From an uncultured Thermoleophilia bacterium (GTDB lineage: Bacteria > Actinomycetota > Thermoleophilia > UBA2241), in the NCBI GenBank assembly GCA_963715985.1, contig CAVQSP010000011.1, forward strand, positions 384,001 through 448,000: a stretch of DNA of 64,000 bases. The letters are read 5' to 3'. The position numbers and the translations under genes were made by a program. Numbering within the stretch: the first letter of the stretch is position 1; every line of letters begins with the position of its first letter. The notes below the pieces were generated by a model. The model ran no database searches, was not told the DNA's origin, and was given only the letters and a program-made list of their open reading frames with translations. This document shows, one piece after another, positions 13,122-25,263 of this stretch.

Positions 13122-14015
13122 ATGGAACGCGAAGACCCTGCCGCCGTGAACGCCGACGTCCCTGCGGAGCGCGCGCCCGCACATCGAACCGGCGCGCCCG
13201 TGGTCGAAGTGGTCTCGGCGGGCAACGAAGTGCTCATCGGGGACGTGCTCGACACCAACACGCACTGGCTGTGCGTCAAGGTCACCGGCCTCGGCGGGCT
13301 GGTACGGCGCACGGTCATGCTGCGGGACGACGTGGAGGCCATCGCCGCCGAAGTGCGCGGCGCCGTGGCACGCCGCCCGGCGCTCGTGTTCACGGTCGGC
13401 GGCCTCGGCCCCACCGCCGACGACCGCACCCTCGAGGGCGTGGCGCTCGGCCTCGGGGTCCCGCTGGCCCTGCACCCCGAGGCCGAGCGCCTCGTGACGG
13501 AGAAGTACGCGGAGTTCCATGCACGCGGCTTCGTCCCGTTCGCGGAGATCACGGAGAGCCGTCGCAAGATGGCGCGCCTTCCAGCCGGAGCGGAGCCCAT
13601 CGTGAACCCCATCGGCGGGGCCCCGGCGGTGCTCTGCCACGCCGGCGTGACCAGCATCGTCTCCCTGCCGGGCGTACCCGGAGAGCTCATGGCCATCGTC
13701 GACGGGCCGCTCGGCGACCTGCTCACCGAGGTCTTCGGGGTCGCCCACTACGAGGAGCGCTCACTGCGGGTGGACCTTCAGGACGAGTCCGCCATCGCCG
13801 ACATCCTGCGGCGTGCGGAGACAGACCACCCGCGGGTCTACGTGAAGTCGCGGGCCAAGGTGCTGGGCAGCACGCGCGTGCTGCAGGTCACCGTGAGCGC
13901 CCGCGCCGCGGACGCGGCGCAGGTCGACGTGCTGCTGGAGGCGGCGGCGGGGCAGCTGCTCACGCAGATCGCCGCCGCCGGCTACGGCGTCCGCCCGGCC
14001 GACGACGAGGAGTAG
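13122..14015 (+). CDS. CinA-like molybdopterin-binding domain protein (no PncC domain)
   Basis: GNEVLIGDVLDTN, GGLGPTADDRT and LPGVPGE motifs. Confidence 0.85.
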   Translation: MEREDPAAVNADVPAERAPAHRTGAPVVEVVSAGNEVLIGDVLDTNTHWLCVKVTGLGGLVRRTVMLRDDVEAIAAEVRGAVARRPALVFTVGGLGPTADDRTLEGVALGLGVPLALHPEAERLVTEKYAEFHARGFVPFAEITESRRKMARLPAGAEPIVNPIGGAPAVLCHAGVTSIVSLPGVPGELMAIVDGPLGDLLTEVFGVAHYEERSLRVDLQDESAIADILRRAETDHPRVYVKSRAKVLGSTRVLQVTVSARAADAAQVDVLLEAAAGQLLTQIAAAGYGVRPADDEE

Positions 14016-14027
14016 AGGCCCGGGGCC

Positions 14028-14228
14028 ATGCGGGCCACGCCGCCGGCGCGCGCGCTCGCCTGGGTCGTCGGGGCGCTCGACCGCTTCTGGGGACCGCTCG
14101 TCCTGCTCGTCGTCGTCGTCCTGGAAGCGGCCGTCTTCGCCCCGCGAGGCCTCATGCTGCCGATGATCGTCGGCGGCTGCGTGGGCGCCGCGACCATGGT
14201 CGTGTGGCTGGTGGACCGACTGGGGTGA
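14028..14228 (+). CDS. Small membrane hypothetical protein
   Basis: 66 aa with two hydrophobic segments, directly after the CinA-like gene. Confidence 0.5.
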   Translation: MRATPPARALAWVVGALDRFWGPLVLLVVVVLEAAVFAPRGLMLPMIVGGCVGAATMVVWLVDRLG

Positions 14229-14257
14229 GCGGGCGGCCGCGAGCCAGGCGCCGCCTT

Positions 14258-14494
14258 CTACTCCTCGTCTTCGCGGCCGTCCGTCCAGGAGTGGTCGTGC
14301 CCGACCACGCGGTGACGGCCGTCGGCGTCGACCCGCCGGCGACGGCGCGTCGGCAGAGTGACGAACCAGAGGGCGATGATGAACGCGCCGATGCCGAACA
14401 GCCAATAGACGCCGCCCGTCACCCACGTCAGCCAGACGGCCAGAACGGCGAGAGGGAGGACGACGCCGAGGAGCAGGACCAGGTCCAGCGGCAC
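14258..14494 (-). CDS. Small membrane hypothetical protein
   Basis: GTG 14494; two TM segments followed by an RRRRR and acidic tail. Confidence 0.5.
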   Translation of the reverse strand: MPLDLVLLLGVVLPLAVLAVWLTWVTGGVYWLFGIGAFIIALWFVTLPTRRRRRVDADGRHRVVGHDHSWTDGREDEE

Positions 14495-14580
14495 TCCGCC
14501 TGCCTGCCGACGCCGATCGGCTGTCGGGTCCAAGCCGCCTCCTTTCGGCCGCTCGCCCGCAAGCCGGCCGCGCGCTCGTA

Positions 14581-15921
14581 TCACCCCAGATGGTCTTCGA
14601 TGAAGTGCGTGGTCACGTCGCCGGCCACGAACAGCGGGTGCTCGAGCACGATGCGGTGGAACGGGATCACCGTCTTCACGCCCTCCACGATGAACTGCTC
14701 GAGCGCCCAGCGCGAGCGCGCCAGGCACTCCTCACGGTCGCGCCCCCACACGACGAGCTTGCCGAGCAGGCTGTCGTAGTACGGCGGCACCATGTACCCC
14801 TGGTACACGTGGCTGTCGAAGCGCACCCACGGGCCGCCGGGCGGGCACCACTTCGTGACGAGTCCGGGTGAGGGCATGAAGCTCTCGTCCGGGTCCTCGG
14901 CGTTGATGCGGAACTCGATGGCGTGGCCCTGCACGCGGACGTCCTGCTGCACCAGAGGCAGGCCCTCCCCTGCGGCGATGCGGATACCGGTCTTGACGAT
15001 GTCGACGCCGGTCACCATCTCCGTGACGCAGTGCTCCACCTGCACCCGCGTGTTCATCTCCATGAAGTAGAAGCTGCCGTCGGCGTCGAGGAGGAACTCC
15101 ACGGTGCCGGCGCCCTCGTACTGCGCCGCCACGGCCGCCGCCACGGCGGCGTCGCCCATCCCGGCGCGCAGCTCCTCGGTCACGGCCGGCGAGGGCGCCT
15201 CCTCGATGAGCTTCTGGTGGCGCCGCTGGATGGAGCAGTCGCGCTCGCCGAGGTGGATGCCGTGGCCCTTGCCGTCGGCGAGCACCTGGATCTCGATGTG
15301 GCGCGGGGCGCCGATGTACTTCTCCACGTACACGGCGCCGTTGCCGAACGCCGCTTCGGCCTCGGCCTGCGCCTGGCGCACGGCCGCGGGCAGCTCGGAC
15401 GCCTCCTTGACGATGCGGATGCCCTTGCCGCCTCCGCCCGCGGACGCCTTGACCATCACCGGCAGGCCGATGCGTCGAGCCACGGCCTCCGCCTCGGCGG
15501 CGTCCTCGATGATGCCGTCCGAGCCGGGCGTGACGGGCACCCCGGCGGCGGTCATCGTGGCCCGCGCCGCCGCCTTGTCGCCCATCAGGTCGATGGACTC
15601 CGGCGACGGCCCGATGAACTTGAGGGAGTGCTCGCGGCAGAGCGCCGAGAAGGCGGAGCGCTCGGCGAGGAACCCGTAGCCCGGGTGGATGGCCTCGGCG
15701 CCGGTCTGCAGCGCGGCCTGCACGAGCGCCGGCATCACCAGGTAGCTCTGCGCCGCCGGCGCAGGACCGATGCACACGGACTCGTCGGCGAAGCGCACGT
15801 GCAAGCAGCTCTCGTCCGCCTCCGAGTACACGGCCACGGTGCGCACCCCGAGCTCCTTGCAGGCGCGGATGACGCGGATGGCGATCTCGCCGCGGTTGGC
15901 GATGAGGACCTTGCTGAACAT
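14581..15921 (-). CDS. accC: Biotin carboxylase
   Basis: MFSKVLIANRGEIA, HPGYGFL, GGGGKG, ERDCSIQRRHQK and EMNTRVQVEH motifs. Confidence 0.95.
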   Translation of the reverse strand: MFSKVLIANRGEIAIRVIRACKELGVRTVAVYSEADESCLHVRFADESVCIGPAPAAQSYLVMPALVQAALQTGAEAIHPGYGFLAERSAFSALCREHSLKFIGPSPESIDLMGDKAAARATMTAAGVPVTPGSDGIIEDAAEAEAVARRIGLPVMVKASAGGGGKGIRIVKEASELPAAVRQAQAEAEAAFGNGAVYVEKYIGAPRHIEIQVLADGKGHGIHLGERDCSIQRRHQKLIEEAPSPAVTEELRAGMGDAAVAAAVAAQYEGAGTVEFLLDADGSFYFMEMNTRVQVEHCVTEMVTGVDIVKTGIRIAAGEGLPLVQQDVRVQGHAIEFRINAEDPDESFMPSPGLVTKWCPPGGPWVRFDSHVYQGYMVPPYYDSLLGKLVVWGRDREECLARSRWALEQFIVEGVKTVIPFHRIVLEHPLFVAGDVTTHFIEDHLG

Positions 15922-16076
15922 GTGAGCTCCCGGGACGTCGGACACTGCCGGCCAGACTGCGGAGCGCCGGTGGGCGGCGGTCTTCCAGCGTGCCGGGAGT
16001 ATAGCAGCGACGCCCCAGGCCGGCGCCCGACCGGCAAGCGTTGCCAGTACCCTCAACGCTTTCGGGTCCCGGCGCC

Positions 16077-16103
16077 TCAACCGCGCCCCGGTCCTGCCGA
16101 TAC
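16077..16103 (+). promoter_or_regulatory. Sigma-28-like promoter P1
   Basis: TCAA-N15-GCCGATAC; a closed stem begins 8 nt downstream, at 16111. Confidence 0.5.
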
Positions 16104-16110
16104 CAGTCGC

Positions 16111-16245
16111 GAGACCGGCAATGATACCTCACCGGGCTACCCGCCCGGCATCTGATCCTCTCTCATAGCCGGGTCGGTCTCCTTCGCAAGACGCGCGGAC
16201 CGCCCGCATCCGCGTGAAGGCCCCCGCCGGCCCGGCGCTTTTCTC
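16111..16245 (+). ncRNA. Candidate sRNA or structured leader
   Basis: Stem 16111-16118/16174-16181; inner stem 16144-16149/16168-16173 with a pyrimidine-rich loop; short hairpin plus CTTTTCT near 16225-16244. Confidence 0.4.
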
Positions 16246-16319
16246 CTCCCGCTGCGATCCGCGGCCGCCCGCGTCGCGGCACCGCGGCCCCCGAGACTCG
16301 TCGCCGCGGCGCGAAGATG

Positions 16320-16347
16320 TCAACTACCGGAGCTAACGGGCCGATAG
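16320..16347 (+). promoter_or_regulatory. Sigma-28-like promoter P2
   Basis: TCAA-N16-GCCGATAG ending 37 nt before the pilB-like start; GGGAGG RBS follows. Confidence 0.5.
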
Positions 16348-16383
16348 GCTACACTAGCGACGAGGCCCAGCGGGAGGTCCCTC

Positions 16384-18432
<2,049 letters not shown>

Positions 18433-18454
18433 CCTCCAGCGGTCATCCCCCTCA

Positions 18455-18483
18455 CCTCACACCACCCCTGCCTCACACCACCC
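18455..18483. repeat. Direct repeat CCTCACACCACCC x2 (16-bp period)
   Basis: Copies at 18455-18467 and 18471-18483. Confidence 0.7.
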
Positions 18484-18606
18484 GCTTCACGCGCGCCCGC
18501 GCGCTAGACAGGTGTCCTATGTGGGGCAGGACACCCGTCTCCGATACAGAACTCAAGGAGACCAAGCAGGCTTGAAGAGAGGATCGACCTATCCGGTGCT
18601 ACTCGA

Positions 18607-18643
18607 GACCGGCGACGCGAAGCGGGGGCTCGCGTCGCCGGTC
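18607..18643. terminator. Terminator-like hairpin between the pilB-like gene and paaK
   Basis: 14-bp perfect stem GACCGGCGACGCGA / TCGCGTCGCCGGTC followed by GTTCT. Confidence 0.65.
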
Positions 18644-18742
18644 GTTCTGTGGGGCGACAGCTTCCGGCGACGTCGCGGACGCCCGCGTGCGTGCGCGAAG
18701 CCGGCCTGCTGGACCTGGACCGGCCCTGAGTGAGCGGCCGGG

Positions 18743-20044
18743 TCAGCCCGGCCGTTTGTCGATCACGCGCTGCGCCTTGCCGGCGCCGCGCTCCAGCGTG
18801 CCCGGCTCCACGAGCTTGACCTTGGGCCGCACGAGGAGCGCCGAGCGGAGCTCCTCCGTGACGCGGCGCTCGAACGCGCGCAGGTCGTCCATCCAGCCGT
18901 CGAAGAGCGCCTCGGTGACCTCCACCTGCACCTCGAACGTGTCGTGGGCGCCCACGCGGTCGAGGATGATCTGGTAGAACGGCTCCACGCCCTCGATGCT
19001 GAAGAGCACCTGCTCCACGGCCGAGGGGAACACATTGACGCCGCTGATGATGAACATGTCGTCGGTGCGCCCGACCACCTTGCCCATGCGGGCCAGTGTG
19101 CGCCCGCAGTCGCACGTCTCGTGCGTCAGGGTGCTGAGGTCGCGCGTGCGGTACCTCAGCACCGGCGAGCACTCGCGGGTGACGGCGGAGAACACAAGCT
19201 CGCCCACCTCGCCGTCGGGCACCGGCCGCCCCGTTGCGGGGTCGAGGCACTCCACGATGAAGTGGTCCTCGGCGACGTGCATGCCGGAGCGGCACTCGCA
19301 CTCCCCGGCCACTCCCGGCCCGATGATCTCGGTGAGGCCGTAGTTGTCGGTGGCGGTGAGCGGCAGGCGCTTCTCGATCTGGGCGCGGAGCTCCTCCCCG
19401 CAGGCCTCCGCGCCGAAGAGGCCGAGACGCAGCTTGAGCTCCTCGCGCGGCACGCCGCTCTTCTCTGCCACCTCGCCGATGTACAGGGCATAGGACGGCG
19501 TGGAGATGAGCACGGTGGTGCCGAAGTCGCGGATGAACTGCAACTGCCGGGCCGTGTTGCCGGCGCTGATGGGTATCACGCTGGCGCCGGCGCGCTGCAG
19601 CCCGTAGTGCAGGCCGAAGCCGCCGGTGAACATGCCGTAGCCGAAGGAGACCTGGGCGACGTCGTGGGGCCGCACCCCGGCGGCCACGGCGAGCCGGCAG
19701 ACGAGCTCCGTCCACGTGTCCAGGTCACGCTCCGTGAACCCGCACACGACCGGCTTGCCCGTGGTGCCCGACGAGGAGTGGATCTCGCGGACGTCGTCGC
19801 CGGGCACCGCGAACAGGCCCGTGGGATACTGGTCGCGGAAGTCGTTCTTCTCGGTGAAGGGAAGCAGAGCGAGATCGTCGAGGCTCGTGAGGTCGCCCGG
19901 CCGGAAGCCGGCCTCGTCGAGCCTGCGTCGAGAGAGCGGCACCCGCTCGTAGACGCGCGCCAGCATGCCGCGGAGGCGGTCGAGCTGGAGCGCCTCGAGG
20001 GGCTCGCGGTCCATGGTCTCGTGCGTCGGGTCCCAGATGGTCAT
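18743..20044 (-). CDS. paaK: Phenylacetate-CoA ligase family protein
   Basis: HSSSGTTGKP, YGMFTGGFGLHYG, DNYGLTE, RYRTRD and GRTDDM motifs. Confidence 0.9.
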   Translation of the reverse strand: MTIWDPTHETMDREPLEALQLDRLRGMLARVYERVPLSRRRLDEAGFRPGDLTSLDDLALLPFTEKNDFRDQYPTGLFAVPGDDVREIHSSSGTTGKPVVCGFTERDLDTWTELVCRLAVAAGVRPHDVAQVSFGYGMFTGGFGLHYGLQRAGASVIPISAGNTARQLQFIRDFGTTVLISTPSYALYIGEVAEKSGVPREELKLRLGLFGAEACGEELRAQIEKRLPLTATDNYGLTEIIGPGVAGECECRSGMHVAEDHFIVECLDPATGRPVPDGEVGELVFSAVTRECSPVLRYRTRDLSTLTHETCDCGRTLARMGKVVGRTDDMFIISGVNVFPSAVEQVLFSIEGVEPFYQIILDRVGAHDTFEVQVEVTEALFDGWMDDLRAFERRVTEELRSALLVRPKVKLVEPGTLERGAGKAQRVIDKRPG

Positions 20045-20111
20045 GAAGGCGTCCTCCAGCCTGTGGCGTGCGTGAGCCATCATACCGGGCGCGTGAGGGC
20101 GGCGTGAGCTC

Positions 20112-20131
20112 GTATACCCCAGAGGGTATAC
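20112..20131 (+). promoter_or_regulatory. CsoR/RicR-type copper operator
   Basis: Palindrome GTATACCC-CAGA-GGGTATAC overlapping a TATACT -10 (20127-20132) upstream of copA. Confidence 0.85.
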
Positions 20132-20212
20132 TCGTTTGAGGGCGGGAAGAGTGCGGAAGGCAACGGATGCACCGGCGCCGCGCCGGCCACCGCGCCACGA
20201 CCTCGAGGGAAG

Positions 20213-22721
20213 ATGAGCCAGCACGAGACCTCCGTAGAGCTCCCCATCACGGGCATGACGTGCGCCAGCTGCGTGGCGCGCAACGAGCGCGCGCTGCGCA
20301 AGCTCGACGGCGTGTCCGCGGCCAACGTGAACTTCGCCACCGAGAAGGCTACGGTGACGTTCGACCCGGACCTGATCTCGGCCGAGGAGTTGGTGCACAG
20401 CGTCGAGGCGGCGGGCTACGGCGTGGTGACGGCGCACGAGACGCTGCCCATCCTCGGCATGACCTGCGCCAGCTGCGTGGCGCGCGTCGAGCGCGCCTTG
20501 CGCAAGCCGCCGGGCGTGCTCCACGCCGACGTCAATCTGGCCACGGAGAAGGCCACCGTGACCTACATCCCCGGCCAGGCATCGCACGCGGACCTCGTGG
20601 CCGCGGTGGCGGCGGCGGGCTACCAGGTCGTCGAGCCGGCCGCCGGGCCGGCCGCCGGCGGTGAGGGCGAGGCGGCGGACGCGGTGGATACCGCCGAGGC
20701 GGCGCGTGCGGCCGCCTACAGCCGCCTCAAGCTCAAGGTCGTCGTCGGCTTTGTGCTCAGCACCGTCATCTTCGCCGGCACCATGCAGCCGGAGTGGTTC
20801 CCGCTCCTGCCGGACTGGCTGCACAACGGCTATCTGCTGTGGGGCCTCGCCAGCATCGTGCAGTTCTGGGTGGGGTGGCAGTTCTACACCACCGCGTGGT
20901 CGGCGCTGCGCCACGGCAGCACGACCATGAACACGCTCGTCGCCATGGGCTCCTCCGCGGCGTACTTCTACAGCGTCCTGGGCGTGCTCTTCCCTTCCTT
21001 CTTCGAGCACCAGGGCCTGAGCATGCCCATGTACTTCGACTCGGCCGCCTTCATCATCACGCTGATCCTCTTCGGGCGGCTGCTGGAGGCGCGTGCCAAA
21101 GGCCAGACCGGCGCCGCCATCAAGGCGCTCATCGGCCTGCAGCCGCGCACGGCCCGGGTGCTGCGCGACGGCGTGGAGCTCGACGTGCCCATCGCCGAAG
21201 TCGTCGACCGGCGACGCCGTGCTGGTGCGGCCCGGCGAGAAGGTGCCGGTGGACGGCGTGGTCACCTCCGGTTCCTCGCCGGTGGACGAGTCCATGCTCA
21301 CCGGCGAGCCCCTGCCGGTGACCAAACGCGCCGGCGACGAGGTGATCGGCGCGACCATGAACACCACCGGCTCGTTCACATTCACCGCCACCAAGGTGGG
21401 CGCGGACACGGCCCTGGCGCAGATCATCCGCCTCGTGGAGCAAGCGCAGGGCTCCAAACCACCCATCGCCCGGCTGGCCGACGTCATCGCCGCCTACTTC
21501 GTGCCCGCCGTGATCGGCATCGCCACCGTCACCCTGATCGTGTGGCTCGTCTTCGGACCGTCGCCGTCACTCAACTACGCGCTGCTCAACTTCGTCGCGG
21601 TGCTCGTCATCGCGTGCCCCTGCGCCCTCGGCCTGGCGACGCCCACGGCGATCATGGTGGGCACGGGCAAGGGCGCCGAGAACGGGGTGCTCATCCGCGA
21701 CGGCAGCGCCCTGGAGACGGCGCACAAGCTGGACACCGTGGTGCTGGACAAGACCGGCACCATCACCGAGGGCAAGCCGCGCGTGACCGACATCGTCGTC
21801 TTCGGCGACGCGTCGGGCCTGGACGAGAACGGCCTGCTGCGCCTCGTGGCGGCGGCGGAGCGCGGCAGCGAGCACCCGCTGGCGGCGGCCGTGCTGGCGG
21901 AGGCCGGCGAGCGCGGCCTCGAGCTGCCCGAGGCGCGCGACTTCGAGGCCGTGGCCGGCCACGGCATCCGCGCCGTAGTGGACGGCCGCACCGTGGTGGC
22001 CGGCAACGAGCGCCTCGCCGGCGGCGCGGCTGCGGACGCCGGGGAGCAGCTCGGCGGCTCAGCCGCACAGGGCGCACGGGTCGTGGAGGAGCTGTCGGCG
22101 CAGGGCAAGACCGTCATCACCGTGCGCATCGGCGGCGCGCCCGCGGGGGCCATCGCCGTCGCCGATACGGTCAAGCCGGGGTCCGCCGCCGCCGTGCGGC
22201 GCCTTCGTGACCTCGGTCTCGACGTGGTCATGCTCACCGGCGACCACCGCGCCACGGCCGAGGCCATCGCCCGGTCGGTCGGCATCGACCGCGTGGTGGC
22301 CGAGGTGCTGCCCGAGCAGAAGGCGGCGCAGGTGGCCGCCCTGCAGGACGAGGGCAAGCGCGTGGCCATGGTCGGCGACGGCATCAACGACGCCCCTGCC
22401 CTGGCGCGCGCCGACATCGGCATCGCCATCGGCACCGGCACCGACGTGGCCATGGAGGCCAGCGACGTCACGCTGATGTCCGGGGACCTCGGCGGCGTGG
22501 CCACGGCCATCGGGCTGTCGCGCGCCACGATCCGCGTGGTCAAGCAGAACCTCTTCTGGGCGTTCGCCTACAACGTGGCGCTCATCCCGCTGGCGGCCGG
22601 CGTGTTCTACCCGGCCTTCGGGGTGCTGCTCAACCCCATCTACGCCGCCGCGGCGATGGGACTCTCGAGCGTCACCGTGGTCAGCAACAGCCTGCGCCTG
22701 CGCCGCTTTCGCGCCGGCTGA
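20213..22721 (+). CDS. copA: Copper-translocating P1B ATPase (single-base frameshift near 21206)
   Basis: Two GMTCASC HMA domains, [24 protein letters not shown] and YN..MGLSS motifs, spread over two frames. Confidence 0.92.
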
Positions 22722-22739
22722 GAGCGGCTCCGTACAACG

Positions 22740-22777
22740 CCGAGGGGGCGGTCTCTGCGTGACTACCGCCCCCTCGG
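22740..22777. terminator. Terminator hairpin after copA
   Basis: 13-bp stem CCGAGGGGGCGGT / ACCGCCCCCTCGG. Confidence 0.7.
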
Positions 22778-22811
22778 GGTGACCCTCTGTCGTCGTTCTC
22801 GCCCAACGGCG

Positions 22812-22874
22812 TCAGCGCCGCCGCGGCCGCTCCTCGCGCTTGACTCTCGTCTTGTAGAAGGGGACGGGACCCAC
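22812..22874 (-). CDS. Putative 20-aa basic peptide MGPVPFYKTRVKREERPRRR
   Basis: AGGAGGT RBS 6 nt before GTG 22874; stop followed by the 22740-22777 hairpin. Confidence 0.35.
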   Translation of the reverse strand: MGPVPFYKTRVKREERPRRR

Positions 22875-23100
22875 GGTGCCACCTCCTCTCATGATCGCTC
22901 TTGCCTGGTTCTTCCCATGGCGGAAGTGAAAACAAACTGGAACGCTCCGCCACCTCCGTGCCTCGCCAGAACGGCCAAGCCGGGGACGAAATGTCCGTTC
23001 TCGCGTCCATTGTCAGGCTCGAGACGTGGATGCGACGATGCAGAAGGAGGCGACCAGCCACCTCATGCGAGCGACCCGCTCCCGCCTCCGTGGAGGGACG

Positions 23101-23769
23101 ATGCTCAGACTCCTCGACCGGCACGCCATCGGACAACTGCTTCGCACCAAGGGCATCGACGCGTGGGGCGTCGCCGCCAACACGCCGCGGCTGCCGTTCG
23201 CCCCCGACTATCCCACGGCGATCTCCATGCTCATGCGCGTCGACCCGCTGGTGGTGCGCGGCTTCCGCCACGGCCCTACGGAGGAGTACGCGCACGAGTA
23301 CTTCCGCCTCAACGTCGCGCTGGACGACGCCTCCGGCACGCTGGTGGACGCGCTCCGCGTGCACGGCCGCGCCGCCGAGAGCGCACCGGCCACCATGAGC
23401 GGCGATGTCAACGGCGACCAGCCGTTCCCCCACAAGGCCGCCGCCACCAGCGCCGGCCTGGGATGGATCGGCAAGACCGCCCTCTTCGTCTCCCACGACT
23501 TCGGCCCCGCCGTGCGCCTGGCGACGGTGTTCACCGACCTCGAGCTGCCGCCCGGGGAGCCCGTGCGCGAGGGCCGCTGCGGCGCCTGCCGGGACTGCGT
23601 GGATGCCTGCCCCGCCGGCTGCGGGCGCGACGTGACCTGGCAGGCCGGCATGCCCCGGGACGAGCTCTTCGACGCCGGCGCCTGCCGCCACCAGATGTCC
23701 CTGTTCCCCGCCGTCGGGGCGCAGGTGTGCGGCATCTGCATCGCCGCCTGCCCGTACACGCGGGCGTAG
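23101..23769 (+). CDS. QueG-like 4Fe-4S dicluster protein
   Basis: FPHKAAATSAGLGWIGK, GPAVRLATVFTD, CGACRDCVDACP and CGICIAACP motifs. Confidence 0.8.
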   Translation: MLRLLDRHAIGQLLRTKGIDAWGVAANTPRLPFAPDYPTAISMLMRVDPLVVRGFRHGPTEEYAHEYFRLNVALDDASGTLVDALRVHGRAAESAPATMSGDVNGDQPFPHKAAATSAGLGWIGKTALFVSHDFGPAVRLATVFTDLELPPGEPVREGRCGACRDCVDACPAGCGRDVTWQAGMPRDELFDAGACRHQMSLFPAVGAQVCGICIAACPYTRA

Positions 23770-23843
23770 CCGCTCCACGTTCCACGCGGGTCCGGCCGCT
23801 CACGTTGCCCCCCCTCCGGCGTCGTGCTACGCTTCGGGCTCTT

Positions 23844-23860
23844 CTGAAAACGGTTTTCAG
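23844..23860 (+). promoter_or_regulatory. Zur/Fur-family operator
   Basis: Perfect 8-1-8 palindrome CTGAAAAC-G-GTTTTCAG immediately upstream of the zur-znu operon. Confidence 0.85.
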
Positions 23861-23884
23861 TTTCATGTCGCTGGAGGGACCGCC

Positions 23885-24319
23885 GTGCCGCTCGACGCCG
23901 AGCAGATCGTGCATGCGCTCAACGACCGCGGGCTGCGGCTCACACGCCAGCGCCGCGCGGTGGTGGACGCCGTGGCCGGCGCCTCGTCGAGTGTCAGCCC
24001 CCTGCAGGTCTTCGACGCCGCCCGCGCCGCCTGTCCCGAGCTCGGGCTCACCACGGTGTATCGCACGCTCGAGGTGCTCAGTGAGATCGGCGCCCTGCGC
24101 CGCGTGCACGGGCCCGACCACTGCGAAGCGTTCGTGCCCGCCGGCGCGGCGCACGGGCACACCGTGGTCTGCAGCCGCTGCGGCAGCGTGGTGGAGTTCA
24201 CCGACTGCGACATGCACGCCGTGGTCGTGGCCGCCGGCGAGCAGACCGGCTACCGCATCACCGAGCACTTCCTGCAGCTGAGCGGCGTGTGCCCGGCCTG
24301 CGCCGCGGAGGGCACGTGA
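23885..24319 (+). CDS. zur: Fur-family regulator (Zur-like)
   Basis: RLTRQR, GLTTVYRTL, HGHTVVCSRC and CPAC motifs; first gene of the metal ABC operon. Confidence 0.8.
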   Translation: MPLDAEQIVHALNDRGLRLTRQRRAVVDAVAGASSSVSPLQVFDAARAACPELGLTTVYRTLEVLSEIGALRRVHGPDHCEAFVPAGAAHGHTVVCSRCGSVVEFTDCDMHAVVVAAGEQTGYRITEHFLQLSGVCPACAAEGT

Positions 24320-25263
24320 GACGGGCGGCGCTCCTCACCGCCGCGCTGGCCGCCGCCGCGCTGGTCGCGGCGGCGCTGGGCGCCGGCGTGCTCACCGGCT
24401 GCGGCGCCGCCGCCGGTGAGGCGAGCGGCGGCAAGCTCGACGTGGTCGCTGCCGAGAGCTTCCTCGCCGACATCGCCCAGAACGTGGCCGGCGACCGGTC
24501 CACGGTGGGTACGCTCGTCCCGCTCGGCGCCGACCCGCACGCCTTCGAGCCGGCGCCGCGCGACCTCGCGGAGGTGGCCGGCGCCGACCTCGTCATCGTC
24601 AACGGCGGCGGCCTGGAAGGGCCGTTGCTCGACACGCTCGACAACGCCGGCGGCAAGGCGCACATCGTGGACGCCTCCGCGGGCCTGACCAGCCGGACCC
24701 CGCAGCCGGGCGAGCCGCCGCTCGCCGCCGGCGAGACCGACCCGCACTTCTGGCTCGACCCGGTACTGGCGAAGACGTACGTGGCCAACATCCGCGACGC
24801 CTTCGTCCAGGCGGACCCCGAAGGGGCGGCGGCCTACGAGGCCAACGCCGCCGCCTACGTCGCCAAGCTCGACGCGCTCGACTCGTGGATCGCGAAACAG
24901 GTGGCGACCATCCCACCGGCGCAGCGCAGGCTCGTCATGAACCACGCCAGTCACGGGTACTTCGCCGACCGCTACGGCTTCCAGGTCATCGGTACCATCA
25001 TCCCCGGCGCCGGCACGGCGGAGTCGCCGACGGCGCAGCAGCTCGGCGACCTCACGAGGGCCATCGAGGCGAGCGGGGCCAAGGCCATCTTCGTGGAGAC
25101 CGACGAGAACCCGCAGCTGGCCCGCCAGATCGCCGCGGAGACCGGCATCACCGTGGTCACCGACCTGCTCGACCACTCGCTCACGCCCGCCGGCGGCGCG
25201 GCCCCCACCTACATCGACATGATGAAGTACGACGCGCGGCGTATCGTGGAGGCGCTCAGGTGA
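24316..25263 (+). CDS. znuA: Zn/Mn ABC transporter substrate-binding lipoprotein
   Basis: Lipobox LTGC; DPHAFEP and DPHFWLDP motifs; GTGA overlap with the regulator. Confidence 0.85.
   Translation: MRRAALLTAALAAAALVAAALGAGVLTGCGAAAGEASGGKLDVVAAESFLADIAQNVAGDRSTVGTLVPLGADPHAFEPAPRDLAEVAGADLVIVNGGGLEGPLLDTLDNAGGKAHIVDASAGLTSRTPQPGEPPLAAGETDPHFWLDPVLAKTYVANIRDAFVQADPEGAAAYEANAAAYVAKLDALDSWIAKQVATIPPAQRRLVMNHASHGYFADRYGFQVIGTIIPGAGTAESPTAQQLGDLTRAIEASGAKAIFVETDENPQLARQIAAETGITVVTDLLDHSLTPAGGAAPTYIDMMKYDARRIVEALR

Noticed and set aside
18572-18733. 53-aa ORF from TTG as a type I toxin
   Set aside because: Not hydrophobic and runs through a 14-bp hairpin; kept only as one hypothesis in the flanking-element finding.
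21190-21220. Programmed ribosomal frameshift in copA (known in E. coli copA)
   Set aside because: The shift is in the actuator domain, has no slippery heptamer, and resembles the other +1 insertions in the window.
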